A stretch of 64,000 bases of DNA from Camelus ferus (lineage: Eukaryota). Positions within the stretch are counted from its first letter, which is position 1, and the number at the start of each line of letters is the position of its first letter. This document shows, piece after piece, positions 45,941 through 59,179 of this stretch. The stretch lies in the NCBI RefSeq assembly GCF_009834535.1, contig NC_045696.1, forward strand, positions 10,666,001 through 10,730,000, in the 5' to 3' direction. The notes under the pieces are model-generated. The model had not been told where the DNA came from. It made no database searches and worked only from the letters and a program-made list of their open reading frames with translations. The translations under genes and the position numbers were made by a program.

Positions 45941-47679
45941 GCGCCCGCGGCCGGGAGATTCTTGGGGAGGGACTGGAGGAAGGACCCCGAGAGGGCGTGT
46001 GAGAAGCGAGAGGGAGAAGGGCGGGCTTGCGGGGGGGGGGGGGGTAGTGCAGAGGGCCTAACGCGGTTGGGACCGAGGGAGAGAGGGTACATTGTCAAAT
46101 TTCTGTAAAAATACGGGACCACAAAGTCAGGCTGGCGGATGGGGTGGGCTGGGGGCTCTGCACACAAACTAACCTGATACCCAGATAACCCTGGCGACCC
46201 AGGAGCTGGGGCTGGGGCTGGGGCGAGTCTCCTTCCTTGCTTTTCCTCTCCCTGGGTTCTCGCCACCTGTTCCCATTTCATGGGTTTCATCAACACGTGT
46301 GCATTTTGAGCCCCAAATGTACGTGATAACCAGGCACAAAGCTCCTACTTTCTTCGCACTCCAAGCGCGCCTCTAGGAGGTGGCGGCTGCCGCAGCTCGG
46401 CCAGCGGCCGGTAGCGCCCCCAGCCGGGGACAGGGCCTTGCGAAGAAGAAGGTGGGGAAGGAGGGAGGGGACCGACTCCAGAAAGGGATTTTGAAAGAAA
46501 TCACAACTCTTCATAGAAAAGTTGACAATGGTGTAGACACAGGGAGGAGGTATTTCAGCAAAGTAACCGCACAACCACAAGAGGAAAGTCGAGCTTAGGG
46601 TTAAACACCCCCTCAGAGCTTGGGAACCAGATGACGGTATATTCTGCACCATCTTTGTGATGGTCACCGTGCCATGGGGTAGGGGGAAACGCTAGTTGAT
46701 CTGCAAAAAGGAAGTCTCTAGCCTGGGCAACGATTTCACACCGTGGGCCAGACAACGAGATCCAACCACTCGCGTTTTACCACTCGCAGCCTGGCTCCCA
46801 AACCCAGAAATCCTTGCCATGAGGAATTAAACCTGGTCTGGAGAAGCGCCTAACTGAGGTAGTTCCGTGGTACTGACGCCTCCACCCCATTTTACAGATG
46901 GGAAGATCAAGGGACTGTGTCTGCAGCAAGCCTATGAGGAAAAAAAATTCTAAGCCTTTAAAGTGCAGCCCTGCCTGGACTGCAGATGCGGATGTTGGTG
47001 ATTCCTATATGGTAGAGACACTACCATCTCCCTAAACTTTAAGCTTTTCACTAGTTGAATTTCTCACATCTATACATTTCAAGTACAGAGATTTGTTTGC
47101 CGAGATCCCTGACGCTTGCCCTTTATACTGCAGACACACAAACGCGCCCCTAGCCCTCTCTCCCACGGAGTGTTACGGTCCTCTGTTTACCTGCGTTGTT
47201 TGAGAACTTTTAATTTGCCTGTACCGCTTTTTAAAAACGCAAACAAATTAACTTAAGAAGTAATTCCCCTTAAAGTAGCAAAGTTATAAAAGGAAACAAA
47301 TACAAAAAGAAACCCACGTTATGTTTCCCAGTTCCTGGGTAAGTCTTCCACCATCGTCTACACTAGAAAACCCAACGGGCTCTCCCCTTCGTCGCAGTCT
47401 CGTGCCTTCTGGGGCATTATTTTCCAACCCGCGTGTTTCCCAGCTGGCTCTGCAGTCATCCGTTAAATATGTATTTAAAACATGAAGAACTGAAGCGTGG
47501 AGATGTGTCGTCCAACCGTTACGAAAGATGACCCGTAACTGTTCAATTAGGAGAATCTCCCACTTGGAAGAACGCGGGGGAGGGGCAGGGGGAGTAGGAC
47601 AAGCTCGGGTATTTAAGGATCATTCCTTTGGGCTTCCCTGGCCAACGGCAGTGAGGACATTGGTAGAGATGTGAGCTTT

Positions 47680-48900
47680 GGGCCAGCAGCCGGGGCGTGG
47701 ACTTGTGAGCACGCGAGTGTGTCTAATAAACATCAGCAAGCGCAACGAGCGCGCGCCTGGGCTGCAGCCGCTGGGGTTAGTGCGGTCCGCGGCAAGTGTC
47801 CCGGAGCCCCAGTTCCTTTTTTTGTTTCTTGCCACCGGTGACTGTCTTGCGTCCGGCGGTCCGCGAAAGTACGCAGTTCCTTAAGCCCTTTCTCCAGAGG
47901 CTGGAGTCGGAAGCGGGGGCGAAGACTGAGGGGCCCCTCCTGGCACGGAGCGAGTTTAGAGCCTGGGAAGGCAGAGTCCGAAGGCAAGAGAGCTGGCTTA
48001 CTTGCAAGGTCCCCGCGTGGACGCCCATAAGGATGCTCCAGGCCCCAGCTCCTCGCCACCGAGCCCAGGCAGCGGTGACTGTTCTGGGGCCATGCAGCGG
48101 CACCTAGCCGTCCTCACTCCCCACACCCGGGGCTCGGGCAGTTAGCTCGGGGCTGTTGGCGCCTGCCCCCAGCATCCTTCCCAACGTCCTCAGAGTCTCC
48201 AGAGAGTTAGTTGCTCGGGAGGTGGGACCGGTCCGTGTCCCCTGGGCTTCTTTAGCCCAGGGGCAAGTGGGTCGCTGAACACTTCTCGCTGTGTCTCTGA
48301 GTCCTCCTACCCCAGGAATAATCGGAAACTAACTAGAGCTCAGCCGTGGCGCTTGCTTTCATGTGGGTCCGAGAGGCGTCCCGGCACTTGTGCAGGGCTT
48401 GCGCCTGGTGTGCGCATCCTGGGAGCGTCCCCGGCTCCCCGGTTCCCACCCGCGCCAGCATCTGGGCCGCAGCCCCTTCCCGCGAAATTGAGAGCTCACT
48501 AGACAAGGCTAATGGGCCCAGCTCCGCGAGTTCCTGGCATCCCAGGCGTCCTGAAACTGTCGGCCTCCTCCGTCAAAACGGAAGACGTGTTTTTCCCTTT
48601 CCTTTGTGTTTCCCTCCCACAAAAGGCCGGGTGAGTGTCAGGGCCGGCCTTTGCTCAGCCTCCTGGCGGCCCAGGAGGAACTTGTGCCAAACGGGCCTGG
48701 GCGGGCCCCCGCGGGGCTCCAAAGGCGCAGACCTCCCACTGCTTCCCGGGTCCCTCCCGGGCCATTCTTTCCCATTCTCGCCTTTTCCTTCTCGGAGTTC
48801 CTGCGCACATTCAGGCAGCTTCTCCTCCCGGCTGCCAAGGAAAGCGGCATCCTAGCGCGGGGCGGGCCAGCGCTGGCGGAGGGAGGCAAGACTCCCGGAA
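47680..48900. promoter_or_regulatory. CpG island ~2-3 kb upstream of OLIG2
   Basis: CpG-dense, non-repetitive. Confidence 0.7.
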
Positions 48901-49339
48901 AGAAAAGAAAAAAGCATTTAGGCCATCGCTTCTGATCCAGAAACCAGAAATGCGGAATATCAGCATTTGGCCCCCAAACCTGAGCGATAAGACCGCTTGG
49001 AAGGCAGAACTCTGCAAACAAATGGTATCTGTCTTCTTTGAGAGGCTCAGCTCCCTGAGTCGTCCAGGGTCACCCCTAATTTCTCTCCGGGTCTCAGCGC
49101 CGAGATCAGGGCCTGATCAGGGTTCTTGGTAAATACTTCGGAATGCACACACATGCAAATGTTCACGGGGGCTGGTGTGGAACCCAGCTGGTAAAATTCA
49201 TGTAAATGTGAAAGGTGCGTGTATGTTTCTTCTGTGTACACAGTAAACCAGGAGGTTTCTACTCTGGGTTGCTGGCGATATGGGGGCCTATAGAATGACA
49301 GGGGTGGTGACTTCCACCTAATGACTACTTAGAGGTGAC

Positions 49340-49500
49340 CAAAGCTCTGCCAGGCACTTAGTGGGTCTTGACAGACTTCATCTCATTTATTCTCTCACTG
49401 ACTCTAGGAAGGAGGTATTACTTATTCCCATTTCACAGTCGGGGAAACTGATGCTGACAGAGATGTGGGCATTTGTTCAAGGTCCCCTGAGCAGAGGGGC
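49340..49500 (-). mobile_element. MIR SINE
   Basis: TCTCATTTATTCTC...ATTCCCATTTCACAG...GGGAAACTGA...CAAGGTC. Confidence 0.65.
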
Positions 49501-51409
49501 AGGTCCAGGGAGGCAGCATGGTGATGGAGGCAGCATGGCAGAGGTCATCAGAAACTTAGGGGTCTCCCATTGTCTACTTAGGTTTTCATTCCTCTAGTGT
49601 GTTTCTAGAAGCTACCTGTGACCTCTAAGGGTATGTCTGCTGCAAGATTTGAGGAGGGGGTGGGAGCATTGAATAATATGCTCCCTTTGCAATTTCTCTA
49701 TTCTGCTAGTATTCGAGCTGTTTTAGTGACTGTGAGTCTTTGGGAATGGAAGCCCCCCTTGTCCTGGCCTGGGCCAGGCTTGGGTGTCAGCAGAGACTGG
49801 GCCCAGCGAGAATCCCGGAGCAATGCCCAGGAGCTTGGGGGAAGGGGTGCTGCACCCCAGAAGCTAAAGGGAAACAAACAAAAAAGCAGCCAAATAAAAC
49901 CCAAAACTGATAGCCCTTTCCCTCCAGTCAGTCCCTCCCTCTGGATCACCCCTGTCCATCAGGCCCATGACTGTCACCTGCTTCTAAGGATCCCTGCCAT
50001 TGAAGTTAACATGCCCCCAAGTTTGCAGAGGAATACAGTTAGAATAGGACTGTTGGGTGACCCAGAACTAACTTTACAGGTCTCAGCTTACAAACCATTA
50101 TCTCATCCAAGCTCCGCAACAGCCCTTTGGTGTTAAGAGGAAGGAACGTTTTTTCCTATTTTACAGACGAAGATACTGAAGACTGAAGGGCAGGGCAGGG
50201 ACTGAGTTCAACCTCTAGCCCACTGGATCCCAAATCCCAGGGCCTCAGTGGTTCCCTCCATCTCCCTGGGCTCTCTCCATCCATCCTTGAGACGCTAGGC
50301 CCCTACAGCCTACCTCTCCACTCTCTGTTTGAGATTAATCCTGAGGGCAGGGAATCAGGGTGAACAAAGAGATTAATCCGGAGGGTTCATCCTGAGGTAG
50401 GGTGTGCTCCACTCAGACACAGGGGACCAGGAAGCCCCCCACCTGGTCTGGGGCTAAGACTTTACATGAGAGGAAGCAGCCAGCTTCTGAGGGCAGGAGA
50501 GACTCTTCTAGGCTGCAGGTGACAAAACCAGGCTGCCAGTTTCCAGAGGTGGGACTTGCATGTGCTCCCTGAACCAGGCACAGCTTCGGGGTGGACTGGG
50601 TGGGAGAGCTGCATGCTAGGAGGGGGTGAAGCCTCTCACCTCCGTGTCCTAAGAGTGACTGCCTGTCGCTCTGCTCCAGCCACCAGATGGGTAGCCTGCC
50701 TTGCTACATTGGAAAATGTAGCAGCCTGACATTTCCTCATCACCTTCAGGATTGAGTCCAGAGCCCTTTAAATGCCAGCTCCCAGGTCCTGACCTGGCCT
50801 CTGCCAGCTACTCATCCTCTCCCCCACAACACCCCCCCACCCTGCCACTCTCCCTTCTCAGGACCCAGAGCATCTGGTGGGCTCTGTTCTTCCCACATTT
50901 TCACCCACATGCTCCCTCCACCTGCTCCTGCCCTTCCTCAGATCCATCCATGTCTTGTACTAGCCTTTCTGGGATTGCCCCCTCCTTGAGCTCCAATAGC
51001 ACCCAAAGCTTTCCCTGCTCCCTGCCAGGGTCCACCCTGCTCTATTATGAGGGTCTGGCTCCCTCTCTGCAGGGAAGCTCCCTGAGGGTCCTCACTGGGC
51101 GGTAACTTACTTTGCATTCCTGGGGCTCAGAGCTGCCACAGATCCCAGAAGGGCTCAGTAAATCGAAGTAAGAGTGGGTGGTGAGACAGTTACATTCAAA
51201 GAGTTTTATTGGCGTTTCCACACATCACGAAAGACAAAACTAATATAGCGTCAGAGGTAGAAGATTTCCCCCATATTAACCAGATTCAGCACTGCTGGAT
51301 GAGGACCACGTTGCTCATTCCCTGTCATGTGGGAGGGGCATGTGACAGCCCGGCCCCTCTTCAAGGCAAACAGATCATCCTTTAATGTGCTGGGCTGGAG
51401 ATGGGCTCA

Positions 51410-52020
51410 GGTCTCTGTCCACGGGCTTTAGGCGGGGCCACAGCGGGAAAGAAGCGGCGCGCGGGGCGAGAGGAGCCGCGGGGCCCCGATTGTGGGACGA
51501 CGGGGCAGCCAGGGACCCGGGCGGAGCCCTCTGGCGCCCGATGCTCTATCCTGGCTCAGCCCGAATGCACAGGCGGCAGGGGACTCCCGCGCCGCGTCTC
51601 CCGGCCGAGCGCACCGGGAAGCGGGGACCCCGCAAACTGGCCATGGCGCAGGCGAACGTCCCGCAACTTCCACCGTGTGGGGATCATTGGGCAGCGCCCA
51701 GGCAAAGTCCAGGGCGTTCTGCAGCGGGCGGATGGCCTTGGTCTTGAGCTTAAAGAAGGCGGCGGGAAAGACTGGAGCTGGGCACGGTCTTGTGCTTCTC
51801 CGCTGCCTCTGTCCCTTTCCGCTCTCTTCTTCTCGCTTCTAGGAATCTCTCCCCCTCCTCCCTTATCCTTCTTTCTCATTACCCTCCAATGCATGTATCT
51901 GAGATACTCCCCCACCTCGTTATTGAAATGACTCACGCCGGCTCCGGAGAGCCAGGAACCTTACTCGGACTCCGCGCGCGCCCTCGCCTCCCTCCAGACG
52001 CACGCGGTCTGGGACCCGCA
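51410..52020. promoter_or_regulatory. Small CpG island ~6 kb upstream of OLIG2
   Basis: CpG-dense, non-repetitive. Confidence 0.7.
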
Positions 52021-52139
52021 GCATCAGTGTTGCGTGGGAGCTCATTAGAAGCAGAGTTGCAGGCCTATCCAGACCCAGTGAAACAGAGTCGAATTTAACT
52101 AGGGTCCCCAGGTGGGCACATTCAGGTTTGAGAAGCACA
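52004..52139. mobile_element. MER5A1-like DNA transposon
   Basis: GCAGCATCAG...GGGAGCTCATTAGAAGCAGA...CCAGACC...CACATTCAGGTTTGAGAAGCAC. Confidence 0.65.
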
Positions 52140-53522
52140 ATTTTCAGTCTTCTGGGGGCTCATCCTCAGGTGCACTCCTCTCCCCAGCGTCCTTGGGACT
52201 TCTGGTTCCAGACACAGACCCTTTCTGGGGCTGACAAGGCTATTTCTTGGAGGTTCCACAATCCCTCCCCAGCATTTGAATAGTTGCTCCCACTCCCTTG
52301 ACCATCTGTCAAATAAAATTCGATGAGCATTAAAAAAAAAGATGCATGCCCAATTAAAAAAAAAAAAACCAAAACTTTTGAAATAATACAGAAAGAAAAA
52401 GTCACTGTTAGTCCAACTCCCCTCCGCCACAACAAGTCACTGTCAAAGATTTTGATGAAGTCCTTCCAGACCGAATACAGGCTTTGTAACCTGCCTCTTT
52501 CATTTCTTCGCATCTCTTGGACATCTTTCCACACCGATACAAAAGAGCCACCTGATCCCTTTAAACAGTATAGGATTGCACCCATCTCCCTCCCCTCTGG
52601 ATCCTCCCCTCCTTTGCCGGTCTAGCCCTGAAAAGCCATTTAGAGCCAGAAACCCTGAAAACAGATTTCTACTGTGTGTTCCCTTTTGGTGGGAGGACCA
52701 TGGGTTCAGGGCTGCTGCCTGATAAATCCAGGAAGGTGATCTCCCCTTCTGGTCCCTGCCGGGCTCTCTGCCAGTTGCTGGTTCTCCTTTGAGGAGCCTC
52801 TTTCTTCCCCCAGGTGCAGTAAGAAAGATTGGCTCCCATTTTGGGGAGTCAGATGTGCAGAAGAGTTGACCTGCCTGTCTGCAGCTTGCATTGGCTCAAA
52901 GGAGAATGACTGAAGTGTGAACAGAACATTCCTAGTCTAGGACTGACACCAGGGCAGAAATTCTGACATTTTGGAAGATGCGGGAGTTTTAAACATTCAA
53001 TTTCCTTTTCTTTCCCCACTTTCAATAAGAACAAAAAGTCACCTACTTCCGGGTTGACTTTAAGGCTAAATGTAAGCAAAGAGGCCATTCTGTTTAAGGC
53101 AGTATTTACCATTCCCACCAGAAAAAGAAGAAGGAGAAAGAAAGGAAGAGGGCAGAGGAGGTGGGGGAGAGGGGGGAAAGAAGAAGAAGGAGAGAAAGAA
53201 AGAAACTACATCATATTAACTAGATTCTCTCTTCTTTAAACACGTTTGGAATAGGTGCTATATAGCACAGGCTTAAAATAAAACTCAAACAGTATTTGAT
53301 TAAAAGTTAGTTTCCCTGGTACAACTGATCTTCCCCCAGAGGCAACTTACTGTTACAGTTTCTTGGGTATCCCAGAAATATTCTTTGAAAGTACAAACTA
53401 TATATTTAAAGATCTCTTTCTCTCTCTTTTTTAACCCAGGGGGTTGCATACTCTATACATTATTCTCTTTTTTAAAATTTTTTTTCCTTGAATAGGGAAG
53501 ACTCTCTACCTTACAGCGTGCG

Positions 53523-53526
<4 letters not shown>

Positions 53527-53562
<36 letters not shown>
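53527..53562. repeat. (CA)18 microsatellite
   Basis: Read directly. Confidence 0.95.
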
Positions 53563-53564
<2 letters not shown>

Positions 53565-54079
53565 ACATATTTACAATAATACAGCTATTCCTTAAATGCT
53601 TACCAGAGCAGTCAGAGGTGCAAGAAACTTTTCCCCATTCTAAATGAAGACAAGTGCCCACATCTCAAAACTAAGCATCATGCATCAGAATCTGGTGGTG
53701 CACAGGCCCCTGATGATACTTTTCTGCTTCCCTCAGTCACAGAGAAGCTAGGACACTCTGAGCCACAGATAATGAGAGATCAAAGAGCGTGGAGAAGCCA
53801 TGGAGATTTTCCACGGTGTCCCCAGAATGGTACTTTAAGCCACTTGCTTGAAACTTGCAGATGAGTCCATTTTTTTTTTCTTCTTGTAACTGCAAAAACA
53901 ATACTTTGTCTTCTCTTCTACCTGGAGGACAATCAACCAGCGAAATCTAGACAGATCTACTTTAAAGAAGATACATAAGGCTACGAGATGAAACTAATTA
54001 GTCATTGTTATTTTTGTTTATTTGTCGAATAGCTAATATGTTCACATATCTTGGCAGTCACTTCTTTGCAGTGCGTTAA

Positions 54080-54360
54080 AAGCCTCTTCCTTAAAAAAAG
54101 GAGTAGGAATCCTGCAGTAGGAATGCACCATTATTTATTTAGCTTTTGTCCTGTTGAAATACAAGTTTATATTGCTTCTAGCCTTATACTATTACAAACA
54201 ATGCTGCAATGAAATGTCTTGTAAATTGTCATTTGCGTATATGCAGTACATCATGAGGATAAATCCCTAGAATCAGAATTATTAGGTCAGACAGCCTGTG
54301 CATTTGTAACTTTGATAGTTGTTACAGAACTGTCACCTGAGTGTTGTCCTAATTTATGTC
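54080..54360 (-). mobile_element. Old LINE-1 (L1ME-like) 3' fragment
   Basis: TATTACAAACAATGCTGCAATGAA...GGATAAATCCCTAGAA...GCATTTGTAACTTTGATAG. Confidence 0.6.
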
Positions 54361-55734
54361 AAAAGGTAGAAGAGAGACTGCTGGGTTGACAGCTAATTTA
54401 AATGCTCAACTTTTATTTTCCTGGATGCAGGGAAAATGTGATTTGTAATTTGGATGTCAGAATAGGTAACAAGCTGACTGCTGTGACTCTACAGGATAGA
54501 ATAATAAAATATCATTTCCCCCTTCAAAACACCAAGTTACAAATTATAATAGATTTCAACATCTGGTACCATTTTCAGTCCTTCCAAAGATTTACTAGTG
54601 ATTTTTCCTAATAGTTGAGTAGGATGGTCCGAGTGTGCCTGTGTGTCATCTCTGCTGAGGAACATTTATGTTATGAGCATATCATTCAACAGATATTTAT
54701 TGGGCTTCTTTCCTTTGCTAGGAACTGTCCGAGGCACCAGGGGTCCAGCAGTGAACAAAACACACAGCATCTTTGCTCTCAAACATATTAACAAAAGTAA
54801 TTACTCTCATGATTATTAGTGTAATTTCTCTTAATTCTCTCAACAGCCATGTAAAGTGGTTAGAGTGGGGTGTATGTGATTAACCCTGGTCTCAACAGAA
54901 CAGCAGCGTCGACACAGGAGACGCGCAGTTCTCTCTCATGAATATCCCTCTGCCAAGACAGATGATCCACAGGATTCCTGTGGCATTGCTGTTGTCCTCC
55001 CTCATGCTGTATCCTCACTCTGTGCTGATGGCTGCCCTGGTTCCATCATCCCTGCATCCTGGTCAAGATGAAGGGGAGGGGAAAGTGGAGGTAGGACCCA
55101 GAGGCTTCAGGCAGCTCTTCTGCTCACATCCCACTGGCCTCTCTCAGTCACATGGCTACACTTACAGGCAAGTGAGGCTGGGAAATGTAGTCTTTACACA
55201 AGGGACTAAGTGTCACCAACTGGAATCCATTAGGAGCTCTCATACTGGAGGAAATGGAGGAGGATGGATATTGGGGGAACCAGCATTTGCTTTCACATCT
55301 CAGAATCACTATTTTAGATGCTAGGAATTGAACATTTTCTATTGCCATAGATGCTTCAATTACTTCAAAAACTGTACCTTTCACAACCAGCTGTGAGTGA
55401 CCCAAAGCACTGGGAAAACGTTTCTAGAAAAGACCAGGGAGGTCATCTTTATCACCTCAGCATAGTTACTGAGGTCCTGGGAACAGAGGTGACAAAAAAA
55501 GGAAAAGGGAAATGTGACAGGAGAGAAGAGGCTTCAAGCAGAACACAGAGAGTGTCCAAGGACACATCCCTGGGTTGAAAGGAGAGCCCTAGTTTATTCA
55601 GACTAACTCATTGATTATTGTTTTGTTTTGATAATAGAAGTAATGTAGGATCCTTGTTAGAAAATTTGGAAAATAAAGTCTTATATGGCTGTAGAAAACT
55701 TGAATAATGCAGAGTTTTATGGTGACAAGGACCC

Positions 55735-56105
55735 TGTTGGGAGCTGAACTGTGTCCCCATGCCCCCCTATCCCATGCCTGTGTTGAACCTGAACCCCAGT
55801 ACCTCAGAATGTAACTGCATTTGGACAGGGTGTTTAAAGAGGTAATCAAGTTAAAATGAACTCGTTAGGGTGTCCTTATGAGAAGAAGAGATTAGGACAC
55901 AGACACAGAGGGCAGGGAAGACCAAGTGGAGACATATGGAGAAGGCAGCCATCTACTAGCCAAGGAGAGAGACTCAGAAGACACCAATCTTGCCTACGTC
56001 TTGATCTTGAACTTCCAGCCCCCAGACCTGTGAGACAATGACTTTCTATTGTTTAAGCCACCTGGTCTATGGTATTTTGTCATGGCAACCCTAGCAAATT
56101 AATAG
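55735..56105 (+). mobile_element. MaLR solo LTR (MLT1A/B-like)
   Basis: GCTGAACTGTGTCCCC...CCCAGTACCTCAGAATGTAACT...GTTTAAGCCACCTGGTCTATGGTATTTTGT...CCTAGCAAATTAATA. Confidence 0.85.
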
Positions 56106-57124
56106 TGTGGGCAGTGGCAGGGATACGGAGAAGAGGTGACAGGTGAGGATAATCTCAGGAGGTAAGATCCTCAAGCCTTGTGGACAGTAGAGGGGCGGAG
56201 TCTAGGATGTAGTTAGTTTTCTAAGCTTGGGTGGCTTGATGGATGGGATGTCAAAAAACTTGTCAAACCAAGATGGAGATTCCATGAGGAGGAGTCAGTA
56301 TTTTGGACACGTTGAGTTGGAGAGGGGGAGGGACATCCAAAGGGGATGTCCAGGGGCCAGTGGGGGATGTTATCCAGGGAATTGAGCAAGAGGGCTGGAG
56401 GGGAGCATGACAGCACATCAGGGCAAGTGGAAATCATCCTGCAAGTAGATAAGGTTGCCCAGGAACTGAGCCGCCGATGGAGGACAGGCCCCAGGGAGGG
56501 CCACATTGATTTCCATCTGCGAGGAAGAGCCCCTCATTTATCGTGTGGATGGTCTGCATCGCAGCTGTTCATGTTTATTACGTTGATTCCAAAATATTGT
56601 CTGCCTCCTCTAATTTCTCTTTCAATCTATTGTTTAAAAAATTCCCAAGATAGGCACAGACAGACTACTCCCCAAATGCTAAATTGGTCAAATTAGGGGG
56701 AAGGCTGTCTCTTTAACCTACCCCTGTGATTATTTGGTATTTATGGTGCTTAGCATGTGGGTTTCCCGGACCCACCATATGTGCAGGTAAGTGTGGAGCT
56801 GGGCGGGCAAACAGGGGCTATTTCGCTTTTAGTAATAAATGTTCTTACCTCTTTGTACCCTGCTGGCCTGCTGTCTTTGAAAATCTTTTAATTTGAAAAA
56901 TGCATATCAATGCATGTCAGATACGTGTATGTATGGAAATAACCATCTCTTTTAAGAGCAATGATGTTATTACTGTGAGGAGGAGGATGATTCTGCGAAT
57001 GGTTTTAACTAGCAGGATTATTACAGGATTACTACACATCAGACTGTACACTACATTGTTACAGCTTTCCATTAAGACTTAAGGTTCTTAAGTTATAGAG
57101 GATACAAAATTTTAAGTTAGTTTT

Positions 57125-57395
57125 CTGTTTAAAAGTGCAGGCTTTGGATTCACGTTGCCTGGGTTACAATTCTAATTCCCTCACTTATTAAACTAGAGCC
57201 TTCCTGGGCAAGCTACTTAATCTTTCTGTAAGATATCTGTAACAATTACCTGCCCCACCAAAGATACCTGTAGCAGATAGACAGCATCTATGTAGAACTT
57301 CCTCATGAGTTTATTGTGAGGGTCAAATTTAATAGTCTGTGGAAAGCATTGAGAAAAGGGCCTGAACGTAGTAACAGGTCAATAAATGTAAGTGC
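57125..57395 (+). mobile_element. MIR SINE (interrupted)
   Basis: GTTAAAAGTGCAGGCTTTGGA...CCTGGGTT...CTGGGCAAGCTACTTAA...TTGTGAGG...TCAATAAATGT. Confidence 0.65.
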
Positions 57396-59179
57396 TTAGC
57401 TGTAAGTGCTCTCTGTAGATGAGGATTCCAGGATTTTTTTATATGCCTTGAAATTGTTGGGAAATCATAACAAAAATATCTTTATAATCAAGAGCCAACA
57501 TGATTCTTTTTGAGCCTCGGTTGTTCATCTAAACCCGTAGGTTTCGTATTTGTCAGATGCTCTTATCAAAGCTCTGTACCAACTAACTCTCCTGTGTTTT
57601 TCCGTGTACGTTTCCAAGTCCACCACTTTCTGTCAAGGCTGGATCAACTACCCACATGTTTCTGTTTGAGAAATTATTTCCTTCTTTGAGGAAAGACCCC
57701 ACCTATGTCATCTCCTTAGCATGGCATGTTTGTGATTCTAGCAAATTTCTGTAAGTTAGTTCCCCAATGAGGTTGTCACCATTATCCCACTGTTGAAGCA
57801 TTCAGTTCCACTTTTTAATCAAGTTTTGCAAAATCCCTTACCCAGAGGAAGATGCCAAGCACTCTCCTGCCTGACATTTTACTAAGAATTAAAAATAAGG
57901 AAGCCAGCAGAGATCCAGGGGGAGGCTAATTGAGAAATCTGGCATGATTGCTGGTAATTTGTTGACAACGTGTGCTTGTGGGGGAAGGGAGGGGGCGGGG
58001 AGTCAGAGGCCGGGGTCCGGCGTGGCTCCGCTTCCCCAGGCCTTGCATTCATGGAGTAACAGCTGAACTAAGTGTTCAGATTGAACACATCAAAGACCGC
58101 AGTCTTTGAGATACCATTTCTTCTATTCCATGATGTCAAAGGTGTCTGCAAATATATCCAGTGCTTTCTGGGTGGCATTGTTTAGAATGCTGGCCCCAGC
58201 AGATGGCCCCCCAGTGCATCTCAGCCTGGTAGAGCCAGGACCACATGTGATGGTATAGTCTTCTCATTAGCAAACAGAAAAAAAAAAAAAAGGCAAGATG
58301 AGACAGGAGAGAGATGAAAAGAATACACAAAGACATTTACGTATTTACATTGTCTCTCTCGCGCATTTCAAATTCTCCTTTAGCTGAAGTGTTCGTGGGC
58401 TTGCTTTTCTCCTTCTGTTTGTATGTTTACTTGGGCTAAATAGATTATGGTAATCAGGCACATAAATGCATGCAACTGTTATTATGGCATTTTAATCACA
58501 GAGTTTTTCACTGGAAGCCTTCATTAGAATTCTCATAATCTTACTTGTTAGTGTAACAAACAGTAATAAATGCCAAGGAGCTTGGATTAAGGCCGAGGCA
58601 TTCAGACTTTAAAAGAGGAATATGGAAATGTTGTCAAATCTCTGCATTACTTATTGAAATGTCACATAAACAGTTCGGGACTCTAAATATCTTACTCATT
58701 ATAAGGATAGGGAACCAGGCAACCTGAAGATAGTAATTATGTCTTTCTCTTGAGCACTACAAACATATGCCTTCCTAGCAGCCTCCTAACTCCTCTGAAA
58801 TAACTAGCTTGTCTGATACACAGTGCTGGCCATAATTTATTACTGCTAAAATTGGAGAAATTTACTATTAAACAATTGCATTTATTTTATGGTTAATGGT
58901 AAGTATGTGTGAACATGAACACAAATTAAAATTATTAATGAATTCTCATTATCTTTGAATTTTGTGTTACTATTTGGCAAGTTGGTAGGAAAAAAACTGC
59001 AGATTTTTTTTTTTTTCTAGTAAGCAATATCCTAGCTGTGTGCTTGAGCATGAATCACTCTTTCTGAAAATAGTGTGGTTTTGCAAACAGGTCTAGGCAT
59101 TAGGACACAATAGATGACCATCCAGATTTCGCTCAAGTCCAGAATTTAGATGTGATCATGTCAGTTCTGGGGGGAATCT

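Larger units (their letters stand above)
43620..46480. promoter_or_regulatory. CpG island over OLIG2 CDS and promoter
   Basis: Dense CpG/GC by eye, with an AT-richer patch inside the intron. Confidence 0.85.

Noticed and set aside
53119..53205. Purine-rich tract as a triplex-forming element
   Set aside because: Ordinary GA-rich low complexity with no clear mirror symmetry.
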